Source: Girardia tigrina
Taxonomy: Eukaryota
Direction of reading: 5' to 3'
NCBI GenBank assembly: GCA_001938485.1
Contig: MQRK01249724.1
Span: forward strand, 1 to 64,000
Length of the DNA: 64,000 nt
The notes below the pieces were generated by a model. It searched no databases and was not told where the DNA came from. It worked only from the letters and a program-made list of their open reading frames with translations. Shown in pieces: positions 26,717 through 39,800 of the stretch. The translations under genes and the position numbers were made by a program. Positions within the stretch are counted from its first letter, which is position 1. Each line of letters starts with the position of its first letter.

Positions 26717-27919
26717 CTATTCATTTGAATAAAATCTTCCTAAAATCTTTTCACCATTTAAATCGGACAGTCCATAAGTTATCGGATCAGAGTAATACAC
26801 TTTATAATAAAAATTTCTTTACTAAATTTATGTATATCCTTTTTCAAATTTATTTTTATATCTATAAATTCTTACTCGAGTACCAATTTTGAATTTTGGA
26901 CTTTGTAAATTTGGATTTTGTAAATTTGGAGTGTGTTTTATTAATAAATTAGGATATTCTGATGCTTCTTTTGGAGTTATTCCAATTATCGAATGAATTG
27001 TATTATTATATTCATCTACCAACTTATTTAATAGAGTGATATCCCATTTTTGATTTCCTCGAATTGTAAAATATTTAAATAATTTATTTTTTAGTGTTCT
27101 ATTAAATCTTTCAATAACTACTGCTTTTCCTTCATTATAAGTTGAATATAGAATAATATTATAATCTTTTAAATATTCTTTAAATGATCGATTATAAAAT
27201 TCTGTTCCTTGATCAACCCATAAGTAATTTGGTTTTCTATTATATTTTTCTATTATATTTTCAAATTCTTCAATAATTTGAGTGCCTTTTTTATTTTCTA
27301 ATGGATAAATAAATGTAAATCTTGTACATAAATCAATGACTGTTAAAATATGAATTTGTTTTTGGGAACCTTTTTGTTTATTTCATGCATTTGGTAAGAA
27401 TATTAAATCTGCAGACCAAATATCATCTCTTTTACTTACTTCTACTTTTAAATATTTCTTTGGTTTTTTATATTCATGATGTAATTCATTTGCTAATTTG
27501 AAAGCTTTTGACTGTTTATCTAGTTTAGATTCATCTTGTTCATCTTCGATTGATTCATCTTCAAAGTGAAACTCCGTTTTATCTTCATCCGCTTGCTTAT
27601 ATAAATTTTCAATTGTTTTGGATTTAGCTGTTCTTTCGAGGCCGCCGCCAAATAATAATTTTCCTTTCATAGCTAATTTAATTAAAAATCTGTCTATTCG
27701 TTCTCTTATAGTTGGATTTTGGATATCATTTATTTCATGAATTAGGCGGGTATCATCAATATGTCTATCTTCAAGATTATCTGATCTGTATGCTAAATCA
27801 TGTTTATAACATGCATTATCAACTCTATCAACTGGAATGTTTATATTTGAATTTGAATTTATATTCATATTTTCGGATTTGGAATTTTCTGATTTAATAT
27901 TTTCAGTTTCCATTTTCAT
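26717..27919 (-). pseudogene. Phospholipase A2 (parvovirus VP1u-type) fused to a Polinton-type retroviral-like integrase; one internal TGA, disrupted tail
   Basis: PVDRVDNACYKHDLAY...RHIDDTRLI (PLA2 HD core), then WSADL..NA*NKQKG..ILTVIDLCTRF..LWVDQGTEFYN..KAVVIERFNRTLK..YNNTIHSIIGITP..FKIGTRVRI..FEKGYT, all in one frame. Tail DPITYGLSDLNGEKILGRFYSNE follows stops/frameshifts. Confidence 0.9.
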
Positions 27920-28079
27920 ATTTATAATTTGAAATTGTTACTGATTTATTTTTGGATTGATATTTTTTACATCTGATTTTTTTACATCCGATTTTGGAAC
28001 TGATGAAAATAATTTATTTGAACTGATTATTTTTTTCAACTGATTTTTTTATTGATGCAAAGCTTTAATTTTTAAAAAT

Positions 28080-28625
28080 TTTTAATATAAATTTTTTTTA
28101 ATATAAATTTTTTTACCGATTGGAAAAATGATAGATTAATCGCCAAAAAATTTAAATGTGAAAAAAATTTTAATTATGAGAGATTTATAATGATAGATTT
28201 AATCGCCAAAAAATTTAAATGTGAAAAAATATTTTAATTATGAGAGATTTATAATGATAGATTTAATTTTTTTTTAATGATAGATTAATCGCCAAAAAAT
28301 TTAAATGTGAAAAAAAATTTTAATTATGAGAGATTTATAATGATAGATTTAATCGCCAAAAAATTTAAATGTGAAAAAATATTTTAATTTTTTTTTCGCC
28401 AATTGGCTTATAAATTTTTACATATGAAAATAATTTTTGACTTATAAAAAAATATTTAAAAATAAAATTAGGATTGATAATTCGAACTGATACAATTTTT
28501 TTTAATATAATTTTTTTAATATAAATTTTTTTTAATATAAATTTTTTTACCGATTGGAAAAATTTAATATTAAAATTTTTGGCCTATAAATTTTTTCATA
28601 TGAAAATAATTTTTGGCTTATAAAA
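28080..28625. repeat. Subterminal repeat complex: ~62 bp unit x4 plus duplicated AT-rich blocks
   Basis: atgatagatt(t)aatcgccaaaaaatttaaatgtgaaaaa...ttaattatgagagatttata repeats over 28128-28390; blocks 28084-28128/28520-28561 and 28405-28452/28581-28628 are duplicated. Confidence 0.9.
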
Positions 28626-28736
28626 AAATTTTATTGACCGATAAAATTAAAAAATATTTTATGTAAAAAAATTTTTAATAAAATTTATTTTTCCATTTTA
28701 GAGTAGATATAATAATACGTGTATATGTTAAAATTA

Positions 28737-28785
<49 letters not shown>

Positions 28786-28799
28786 ATATCCAGTACTCT

Positions 28800-29040
28800 T
28801 TTTCCTTGTTTGGAACGCATGAACGTTTTGAACAGTTTAATCAGCATCAAATTTATCTCTAATTTGAGTGATGGTTACTCGCGTTGTTTTTTTTTGAAAT
28901 AATCTCCCCTGGATTGTCTTCGCACTTCGACTGTATTTCCAGTAGTATTTTAAAATAAATTTTCTTTCCTCGAAGGTAGGTCTGGCTGTCATTCTTGTGT
29001 CAGGGACAGAATCTCCAAAAAAGCAATAAGTCATTGGCTA
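28800..29040 (-). mobile_element. Tc1/mariner (rosa/DD41D-like, DUF4817) transposase N-terminal fragment
   Basis: MTARPTFEERKFILKYYWKY...TRVTITQIRDKFDAD*TVQNVH matches the DUF4817 HTH pattern. Confidence 0.75.
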
Positions 29041-29957
29041 TTTGCGTTAATTTAAATGAATACTGTAATAAAAAGTGATGGAAAGTGGCCTTTATTGAGA
29101 TATATTACTACAATAAAAATGACTTTCATCTGTTAATATTTTGACAAAATTAATAAAATCAAAAATAATTATATTGAGCTTTATATGAGTATATTTTTGT
29201 AACGATAATTAAAACAACAATAAAAGACTTATTAAGTTTAAATATGTTGAACTTTACGGGTGTTATGTAAAATCAATTAAAAAGAGTGAAGGTTTTAAAG
29301 TTACTCTTTATTTATTATTTACAATTAATACAAGGTTTATGCAAAGTAAGATTTTAAGTATGAATTTGGCCCCTGGACGATTTTAGTTTTACACTTCGGG
29401 AATCTTCGCGACAATCCGATACTGATTATTTATATGTTTCACGATTACAGTTTACAATGTAGTTATTTAAAAATATAATGGTTTTATTTTAATTATTATT
29501 TTAACAATTATTTTTGATTGTTTTTTTGTTTGAATTTTGTGATCTTTAACGATCATTTATATACTTTGATAAAATAAATAATTAAAATGATCAACTTCCT
29601 TGTTGATCAATTAACTACAAACCGGTAAATTAAACTACACGATCAAACCCTGTTGATCAATTAAATAATTATACGATCAAATTAAATTTTTTTTTGAACT
29701 TTTAAGTTCCTGATCTTATAATTTAATTTCTTTCTTTTTTATTTATCTCCTATTCTTTATTTTATACTTTCATTAAATATAAATTTTAAAATATAACCTA
29801 ACAAATAATACAAGTTAACAGTTATTGATGTGCAACCAAAAATGAGAATAATACAGTTACTTGTTGGATTTTCATATTTTGACGGTAAAGAAAAATAAAC
29901 TCAATTTGATTTTTCCATTAATAATAATGTATTTTTTATTCGTGACTTTTCTTTTTA

Positions 29958-30115
29958 ATTGGGTCAATATGAATTCGGATGATTATCGTTTTTCTTTATA
30001 ATCAGATAAATATGAGTTAGAATAATTAACGTTTTTCTTAATAATTGGATAAATATAAAATCGGATAATTAGAGTTTTTCTTTATAATCGGATAAATATG
30101 AGATCGGATAATTAA
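29958..30115. repeat. 43 bp minisatellite, ~3.6 copies
   Basis: Units start at 29961, 30004, 30047 and 30090 (ggataaatat...ggataatta...gtttttctttataatc). Confidence 0.85.
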
Positions 30116-31039
30116 TATCGAATTTTGATAAATTGTGTTGTAATAGGTTCAGTTGAATAATAATAATTTCAATTAGGAATATGAAAATAAATAGTGGAAA
30201 CAAAAAGTCTACTTTGGCAATATTTAGGCAACTTTTTTTTTGACGATAATTATCATTTTATTTAAATTTTTATTGTATTAAGTTAATAATAGCAAAAATA
30301 ATTAATTGATATTTTTTCCTTTAGATTTCTCTTTTGACTATCTTTCTTTTCTTTATTTATTGTCTTGGGTTTGCGAGATTAAACGCTTCTTTTAATAAAT
30401 TTAAAAAATAAGACAATAACAACAAGATACAAAAATATATGCCAATGCATATGGACTATGAAAGCAAATGTAAACAAACATACTCAAAGATAAATATAGA
30501 TTTACAGATCATAAACGCAAAATATTATATCATAATCCATTAAGTCACCCATCCAACAATTCTTACTATTAAGAAAGAAAGATAAATGAATAACAAGGGT
30601 GTCAGACCATTAGGTTTTGTTTAATAAGAAGTGTAAACCTACAAATACTAACAGAATTCTTTAATACCCTATGTTTATAATTAAACAAATGTGTATAAAT
30701 TTTTGTAGGACACGCAGTATATTTCTGGATAAAATTTGGTACGGCAGAAAATGAGTCTTATAAATCTTTGTATATAAATATGAAGTTACTGACATTAATA
30801 ACTCTGATATTTAACTCGAACTAATACAAAATGGTTTTAACTTTATTGATTAATATTATTGCTAATACCGATTTTATTTGTTTATGTAGCTAAGTTGTCT
30901 TACGTAAAGCACAAGATACTAAATGCTTTGGCGTATATTTTCCGAAGTGCTTTTTATATACTGTTAGTCAAAAATTTTTAATCTTAAAACGAATAACAGA
31001 TTATGATTTATCATTAATTACTACTCCATGAATTTATTC

Positions 31040-31085
<46 letters not shown>

Positions 31086-31529
31086 CCGTGCTAATATTAA
31101 TTGCAAAAAATATTTAATTAAAAATTTGATTTTTTAATTTTAAAGTTTAATTATTTACCATCTTTTTCCTTATATTAGAATTTTTATTCAATATTCAAAG
31201 ATATTGATGGAAACATGGAGCCAAAAATTCTAAATCTTTACTAAGGTGATATTTCGTTTAAAAAGTTTTTTTTCTAATAAGCTACTACCCTCAAACGCGA
31301 TTTTAGAGTATATAACATTGTGATTAAACCATCATTTTCATTTGGTTTCATTATGGTGGTTCAATATTCTTGATCAATTGACGTTTGAATCGAATTTTAA
31401 TGAATTAAGATCACATGATCTTCTTTGTTAATTTTTTATTTTTGAATAATCCAATCGAAATTGTAAATAAAATGTGTTTGTGTGTATGAATTGCGTGTGT
31501 GTGTATAATTGGAAAATTTTAAAAAGAAA

Positions 31530-31717
31530 TTCGACAACCCATGACTATTCTCGAACCATCACTTGGTGTCCTCAACTCGTCGGGGAGACGAACGTGTCTC
31601 TTCCACGTATACGCTTCGGAGTGCCTTCGGGTTCAAACCGTTAACGAGTATGGCCCGGCCGGTAGTTTCAGCGTTCGCGGGGTATGTTTGTTATATTACG
31701 TATTATATTTACACAAT
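31530..31717 (+). mobile_element. LTR-like repeat family A fragment, interrupted by a solo LTR
   Basis: Contains gccttcgggttcaa..acgagta..cccgg and tatttacac, as in 16288-16370. Confidence 0.45.
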
Positions 31718-33225
31718 TGTTACGATCCAACCTTTTACATATTACAAAAGAATAAGGGAATCTAATAGGGAATCTAACTCGACTATTCCCCAGTGTGTTT
31801 AAATAGGCCACATCCGACACGATGACCCACATAAACCATAAAGGCTCAGAGGTACCACGTCAGACGGAGCCGAAGATTCGAACCGCTGCCAGTTGAACTT
31901 ACAGATCATAGGAACTCATGTGAAGACCTTAATGGCCCTATAATATAATAGAATTGTTCAAATACTCTAAATTAATTAATAAAATTAATTACTAGAAAGT
32001 GCAACCGCACTAGTGATTCCGTGAATTTGTAGTAGGAATCCTCAGGTCGAAAATCTATAAACAGATAAATCAGAAAAACAGAAAAAAAACCCCAACGATA
32101 CCTGTGTAAACAGACAGCAACAGACATGCGTCGGAGAATTAACAACGGGAATTGGCGGCGACATCCTGCAAGCAACGTTACAGGTATAATTCCAGTAACC
32201 GACATCTGTTAAAGTCGCAGGGCGTTTGTGTAGCTACCGACGATTGTAAATACCAGGTATAAATGGAAATGGCCTAATGGAGATTTTCTAAAAAGCAAAT
32301 GTAGAAAAAAACCCTTTATTCTTTAATTAACTGATAAGACCAGTCTGATAATTGAGGCACATATGCACTCGCGAATTCTGGTTGCGAGGCAAGGATGAAA
32401 TAAACCGGATGATTGCAATCATGCAATGCATCTCTCATCCTGAAACCAGGCAATTGAGAAATCATGTCAAATAAACCTGCCAAAGTGCGAATCGAAATCA
32501 GATAAACAACATTCACAACAGACATAAACAGTCACTCGCAACTTACTAACATACAGGATACCGCGGCGCATAATTATGATGATTGCAGTCTTGCAATGCA
32601 TCAGTGAGGGATAAAAATTGCGAATGATCGCGAACACGCAATCAACCCCCTTCCATCCTGTCCTTAGATAATTTCAAGGAACAGATATCGATACACGCAC
32701 ATAAGATACCCGAGTGCGTCGGACAATGTATGTGTCCAATCGGGTATAAATACCCGATGTATCTTTGCATGCAACACACAGTTTTTGCATAATTTTACAC
32801 AGCTCTATTCAATTATTACCACACACACACTCATACCCAGAGAAAAATACGATAAACGCACCACAAGCTATTTATCTAATTGCGCACCTAATATTTTCGA
32901 ATTTCTATTAGAAAATTCGAGAAAAATTTATATCTTATGCACGGAACAAAATCACTGAATTATCGCTTAGTTAGCTTTTTTATTTTATTACTCTTATTTA
33001 GATCCTATTTATTGGTAATTTTATCTTATTAGTTCCACAATAGTAACTCTAATACATGGGGATTATGTTTTGTTGTTAACTTTGAATCAATTTATTGAAT
33101 TATGTTCTATTTTATTCGTTTTTACGTTTTGATAAATATTTAAATTGGTTTTAATATATATATATGGAATTATACGTCTTACTTCGTTTTACTGAGCTCT
33201 GTCTATAACTGTTGGATCCTTTACA
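31718..33225 (+). mobile_element. Solo LTR (1508 bp) with 5 bp TSD ACAAT
   Basis: TG...CA termini with imperfect inverted ends (tgttacgatccaac / gttggatcctttaca). ACAAT at 31713-31717 and 33226-33230. TATAAA within the palindrome tcgggtataaatacccga near 32745. Confidence 0.8.
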
Positions 33226-35629
33226 ACAATTCTGATCCTCTGTAGTAACCCTGATCCCGAGAGGAATATTAAGGGATACTAATACTCACACAATAGTCGT
33301 TGTGAGAGAGATGTGGCTTTATTTGTATATATAGTGTATTAGAGTTATTTAGGGGTGATAAATGATGGTATTGAATGTAGTACTGTGAATATAATATAAT
33401 CGCATGAACAGAACATAATATCAATATATGAAAATTTAGCAACGAAATCAAGTTTTAGAATTGTGATCGGGAATAATCTAATTAGTTAATTCGTTTTTAA
33501 TTATCTCAACGTAATATACATTCCGATATAACCTCACAGGTGTATTTGATAAAATATATAATATGAATTCGAGTATATCTGCTTATAAGTTTGTAAATAG
33601 TATCTTCTGAACTCTATTGATTCCTTCTATCTATTACTTTTTAACTTTTATTTATAACCTCATCTAATAACTCAAGTCGATTCTTATCTAGCTATTTGGG
33701 ATTTAAATAAACCATGTTGACGAACATACAAGTAAGTCATAATGGGGTGTTGTGAGCGAGCAGATAATACGGGCAAGCATAGAATATGTCAGGAAGGATC
33801 GATAATAATTAAAGCAATAATTTATGACGTCGGTAGTAAGTGGAACAATTGCGTTTGGAACTAGATAAAGAGCGAATTCTATATATCAGAGAGAAGGGCG
33901 TGGTTGATCGAAATACTAGGGTAACGCGGACTAATAAATCAATGAAGGAATTGAATCGATAAATGAGTTTGATAACAATAATAACCTTCAATTATTTCCC
34001 CTTATTGCTTGCTGTCGTTCGAATAAAATTTTATCTTATTGACGAACTTTGTAAATAATACCTTTTTTTATGATTCCATTAATTTTAATTTATTTTATTG
34101 ACGGATTTTACAAATAATGTTTAATTTATGAATGAATTAATTAAATCCGAATACTTCTACATATCCCGAACAAAAATTCCTTGATTTTTGTTGATTCTAT
34201 CATTCTCCGTTTTGGGGCGTTCGACTATTATGTATTATCTGGTTGTATATTGTAAAAATAGTGATTTGTAGATTCACCCAATACACTATTTTTACTATAA
34301 AAAATAATATTTCAACAAAGTTTAAACTAGCTTAATCCAAAATATCATCAAGATTTCAATATGCTGATGATGAAAAAGATACTGGATTTAATGTAACAGA
34401 TTTGCTTTCTAGACTGTCAAGAAAGCAGAAAATTAAATCGGCTAATCGTGAGGCTGCAACTACTAAAAATAGCAGTGGAGATAATCCGCTTCATAACGAT
34501 CTTGAAGTTAATAAAAATCTTCAAAATGATATAAAAAAATCTTCAAAATCTTCATAAATCTTCAAAGCGTTAAAGCTTCCAAAATTCCTTTTCATGTTGG
34601 TTCCACGACAAATAAATTTGAAATATCTTTCAACAGTGCATCATTGAAATATCCATCAGGAATACTTATCCTCGAAAATATTCGAAGGCATATCACTTTA
34701 CTCCTGTTTTACAATCTTTGTCAAAGAGAAAAGCGACGTTTAATTCGTTGAATATCAAAACTCCGATACGAAGATATTTAAAGCTGGTTAATAAATAGAC
34801 TGAATATATTATTAAATTTTCAATAAGTTAGAAATGGTATGATAATTCGATAATATGTACAATACTTATTTACAAGTCTGATGCGATTCGAACACGATCC
34901 AAATAATAAAACCGAATTATTCAAAACGAAAATAGAATTTTCAAATGTTCTCTCAGTAATTAAATTAATAAATTTTTCCATAATATATTTTGGAACAGAA
35001 TAATAAAATAACGAAATAACGAAAAACAAAAGAAAGGGAATGGGAAAGGAATGGACTTCTACGATGCACTATTTACAATTATAATTATCTACACTACTAA
35101 GAACACGAGTCGGTTACGCGTCAGTGTCTAAGGACAACCTCTCCCGATACCTTGGACGCGGATACGAACCACAGCCAAATCCCAGCTCAGACTGACCTTC
35201 AGCTTCTACAGAATCACCTTTACAGCCTAGAACCGACTTCGACTCGTGAAGGTAACTCCATTTTAAAGGTTTCATGATAAGTTCAGAACGAAAACATCGA
35301 TAATAGAATCAAATATTTAATTGATCAAAGACAACAAAATCAAATGTAAAATATTCAAATAATCAAAGATACTGTCATTAAAATATATAAAATTAAATAT
35401 ACAATAGTATTAACAATAAATAAAATAAAATATGAACTTTAATAAATAAACAAGGAAGAATGATAATATACAAATAATTTTATTTAAAGAATCAAAGTAA
35501 ATAATAGTTGAACCATACCTCCAAACTAAATTAGGAAAATGCAAAATATTATGAAAAATAACAGTCACGAAAATCGTATGCGCAAAATTGTCAAATCGTA
35601 AAAATTGTCGTCAAAGTGTGTAAGGGGTG

Positions 35630-35780
35630 GTAAAAAAAGTGTGTCTGCATCAAATGTGTCGGGTATTTATACTCCGTTACGTCACTATGTTACCCGACAC
35701 ACTCGGGTGTTCTGTGCACAATCCTCCGAAGACAGGATGAGAGGGGGGAAGTGCCGGTGGTATCCTGTTGCGAATCTGTA
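35630..35780 (-). mobile_element. Diverged fragment of the same LTR family as 31718-33225 (TATA region), in opposite orientation
   Basis: tcgggtatttatac...ccgacacactcgggt...gacaggatg..agggg matches the reverse complement of ~32645-32790. Confidence 0.65.
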
Positions 35781-35929
35781 GGTTTGTTTGATTATTCGTC
35801 GCGACATCCACGATTTACGGATATCTTGAAACAACTCCATGTAATCTGCGTCTAATATTATGCACAGATATATCAGGAAAATATTCTTGCTGGATTTGAG
35901 TAACTGTGTAGTCTTACCATATGTCATTC

Positions 35930-36110
35930 ATCTCGTTCAGTAGTTATTTTCCTGCTGTCACTGTTCAATCTTTCACTTTCTTTGGGGTCATCATTGCTCA
36001 ATCGATGATAAACTTTTGCTGTGGTGTTCCTTGATATATTTAACATATCAGCAATGTCTCGATAACTCCAAAGGGCTTCAAATTTCAAAGCAAAAAATAT
36101 GTCTAACTTA
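35930..36110 (-). mobile_element. Tc1-like transposase N-terminal HTH fragment
   Basis: WSYRDIADMLNISRNTTAKVYHR, then frameshifted SRKITTERDE (GRPR-like linker). Confidence 0.5.
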
Positions 36111-36899
36111 ATTAATTAGATAAATCCACGCCTCTTCGTTTATCACCGTTACCGTCGAATTTACTCCAAAAGATTACTTAAAACTCTGACAATAAGTTAT
36201 AAGTTGTGATCATAACATAAATAATACAAATTAATACAATTATTAAAAACTTTGATTTAATAATAATTTTATTCAATAAATTTAAATAATTCGATTTTTA
36301 ATGTTTTTGCCATCTTAGTTTTTTTCGATCATGTAAGTTTGATCTTTAAGTCTCTTTATGATTTTGAGATGGTTCGACCATCCTGTGTTGTCACTGATAC
36401 ATTCATATATGATACATTCAAATATTTCTGTTTTTGATTCTGCATTTCTCGCTTGATGTTTTTCTTATGGATTAATTGCTCTTCAGTTTCTTTTAATTGA
36501 CCAAGTTTTTCAGTTATTTTTTAAAGAAATTTGTTTCTGAACAGTGTATTGTGAATGAATGATGTAAATGATGAGAGATTGATGTTTGAATTGTCTCAGA
36601 ATGAGACAAACACTGATCTCTAAAATAATGATTTATTACACAGTCGATCCACCGAAGGATATAGAAAAGAGTTTCAACCTAATAAAATTCTGAAAATATT
36701 TTTTAGAATTGTCTAAATATATTATGACTGACTTTACTCAGACCGCACAGGAATCAATATTCGCCTAAATACTGTAGTAAGCTAGATTGATAGATATATA
36801 TTCGCCAAGACAAGGTTTTTTTGTACTGCTGACTATATAGTTATTTGAAATTTATAATTTAATAATTTTTAACCAAAAAAACAACATTCCTGCTAAAAA

Positions 36900-39800
36900 T
36901 ACTTATCGTTATCCTCGGATAACAGGAGAACACTCCGAGCTAGAGTCACTCATTGCAGCGTATTACTTTCCCCCCTCGCCGCAATCTGCTGTTGGCGCAT
37001 CTGCCGCGACCGTTGCAGGAACAATAGTCGCTGCATTTGACGTGAGGGGATTCCACTGGCCGGTGTTGTGTTTACTCCATCTCAATGTACAATACTTGAC
37101 ATTGGAGACAATACACATGCGTCTCATATTTTTTGTTGTTGTCTCTGAGAGCTTTAAGGTTTTCAGTATTGTTTCGTTTTCAGTCGGTCAAGAACCCAAG
37201 CAACTCACCACAATGGTACCCAGTCGAACTGTCCATCCCCTGTAGTGCTTTTTATATTTCGTCTCATTGTTTTTTCTTGCTTTGTTTAGAGTTTTAACCG
37301 TGTCTTACGGTGTTTTGACATCGATCAGCCAGAGTTCTTAGTACCCTTATTGTATATTTGTAAGTCAACTCTGCTTTTCGAGTCAGACCACGCGTACTTA
37401 TAGTCTTTATTTATTTGTAAAATTGGTTTTTCCGATGATATTGCTTCCTCAACAATCTGCATCACCGCATTATGTCTGGCAGTAATCATAAGACTATTTC
37501 TTTTACTGAGGCACAAGACATGTATCTGTGTCTCTGTATCTTTGCTGCACGCTCGGCAGAGCGTTTCATTGCGTGGTTTTCTCGGTTTAAAATTAGTTTG
37601 AAGAGTGTTTGTTCGTGAACAGTTCGCCATTCTTCGTTTGTAATGTTTTTACTGTGCATGACACCAACACAATCCTTGTTATTTACAATCGCAACTGCAG
37701 AGATTCCAGCCATCGTTTGTTAGCTCCAATTTGTGAATTTTAGTTTTGCATACAAACGATGAAATTGGGAGGAGATTGAGTGGATGTGAGTTTTATAAAT
37801 CAGGACCGACTCCGTATCAGTGTTGATCTTTAAGCAGATTCCAAGTTCGTTCGTGGTAATTCTTGCTCGCAACCCAATAGAATCGGGATATATAATTGAG
37901 TTGCGAATCTTTATCCATTACGATTTGAATCCGTTCTCTCTGTCGCCTTTATTTAGTCACTCTAGGCAATAGAGAGTGACCAGTCTCTATTTGTTTCGTG
38001 GTACTTATCTAGAGTTTTTACTAAATTAATTAATGTTACGCCCTGAGATGTTGAGTCCAAACAAGTGAGATTTCGAGATACTTGTACTATCGATTGCATT
38101 GCATATTCATCTCTCACTGACACAAGTCCAAGTCTTCTAAGATCCTTATCTTCATGCAAGTATGTGTTGGAGGAGTTCTGGACTGTGCCAAATATTTTTT
38201 ACAATAGTCGTCGGAGTTCGACATCCAGGCCGCCATTAAAAAGTGATTTTTCTTTACGTGATTCCCGTAGTTTGTTAGTTCCCGATTCGGTATATTGTAA
38301 TTTCTAAAATGTGAACCTGGAGTGTATAAATATTTTATACGCCTCCAGTTTTTGCTACGAGAACAACACAGACTTGCTGATTTTTTTCAGATCTTTAACT
38401 GCCGATTTAAACAAGTCTACGGGAGTGTTCTTGGATTTTCGTGTACAGTCAACACCCAAGTAACGGTATACTTCTTCATCTTTAACTATTGGAATGTTAG
38501 TGTGATAAATATTGATGTTCTCAGATGAAGAAGGAACAGATAGATAACCACACTTACTGGGTTTGAACTTCATCGAAGTCCAAGAGACAATCTCCGTTGC
38601 CTTGTCTACCATTGTTTGCAAGTACTCATTCGTTTTTGCAATCAATGCAAGAACCTCGGCGTAAGCAAGACAAGTTATGTGTCCGCTTGTGTTTCTTTGC
38701 CGAATCGTTCATTTTCCTATACTGAATAACAACATCGAAAGTGGGCATCCCGGTCGCACCCCCCGTTTGATTTCTATGTTCTCAGTTATGCAATCATTGT
38801 ATTTGTAAATTGACGCACAATCTGAGTATAAATTACGTAAAATGGAGCACGAAAATTCGTCAACTCCTTTATCTGATAGTATATCCAATATGTGTTCAAT
38901 TGGTATACTGCCAAATGCATCCGTCAAATCTAGGAATGTGGAGATCGGTGTTGTCCATTAATAGGATACACATTACATTATTGTGTTTTGCACACTCGTC
39001 AGATGGACCAGTCCCCTTTTGGAAAGGAGAGATTAGGTTGTTTGTTGTCAACCACTGCTCCATCTGACCGCATAAACATGAAGTGAATAGCGAAACACTC
39101 CATCAATGCAATCGGTCTCCATGACCCGATTTCGTTATGTACCAGTTTTACCTGGTTTAGGGATCATCACTGAGAATTTTGTTCCATTTCTCCGGAATAA
39201 TTCCAATAGTGATGATCTTATTAAACAAGAATGCAGTCAACTGGCAGCCTGGGTCGTAATAATCGATATCTGAATAATTTATGTTGGGAACTCCTGGGCT
39301 GGTTTTCTTTGTTTCCTTCAGAACTGCAACCACCTCTTCTGAAGATATTTGCCTAAATCTAAAGGTTGGTCCTGAGTTAATATTTGGAGATCTGGACCAA
39401 TCTGTTATGGGCGGATCACCAGATTTCGATTCTTCATATTTAGTTAAATTTTCGATAGATAATTCACAATCCACGCTAGTATCATTTAATCTATAGCTTT
39501 TTTTTGTTTATTTTGTATTATTTTTTTTCTATCTTTTCTATTCCTAATTTTATTAAGTTTTTTATCAGCGTCAAGGTTCTTCGTAGTTTTTTTCTAGTTT
39601 TTAAGATATATTCTGTAATCTTATGTTCTAATTTTTCAGAGCTCAAAAGTTTTACTTTCTTCAATTAGTTTTGTTATCTTATCAAACCTTTGAGATCTGT
39701 CCTCCTTTATTTTGATTTGTTTCTCTCTATTTTTTATTTATTTATTTGATTTTATTTTTGTAATATCATAAGTGAGTTTTTTTGCATCAAATTTTGGAGT

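Larger units (their letters stand above)
25438..28740 (-). mobile_element. Polinton/Maverick-like mini-element with a palindromic left terminus, inverted repeats and a PLA2-integrase ORF
   Basis: AGTAG 5' end at 25438; palindrome 25438-25660; 25621-25776 inverted relative to ~28625-28740; tandem repeats at 28080-28625; Polinton-type integrase between the ends. Confidence 0.75.

Noticed and set aside
31870-31890. tRNA gene or SINE suggested by a GGTTCGAATC B-box on the minus strand (similar at ~35160)
   Set aside because: No A-box or cloverleaf found; the first lies inside the solo LTR.
34380-34430. NVTDLLSRL resembling the retroelement RNase H ADALSR motif
   Set aside because: An isolated short match with no supporting RT/RNase H or integrase motifs.
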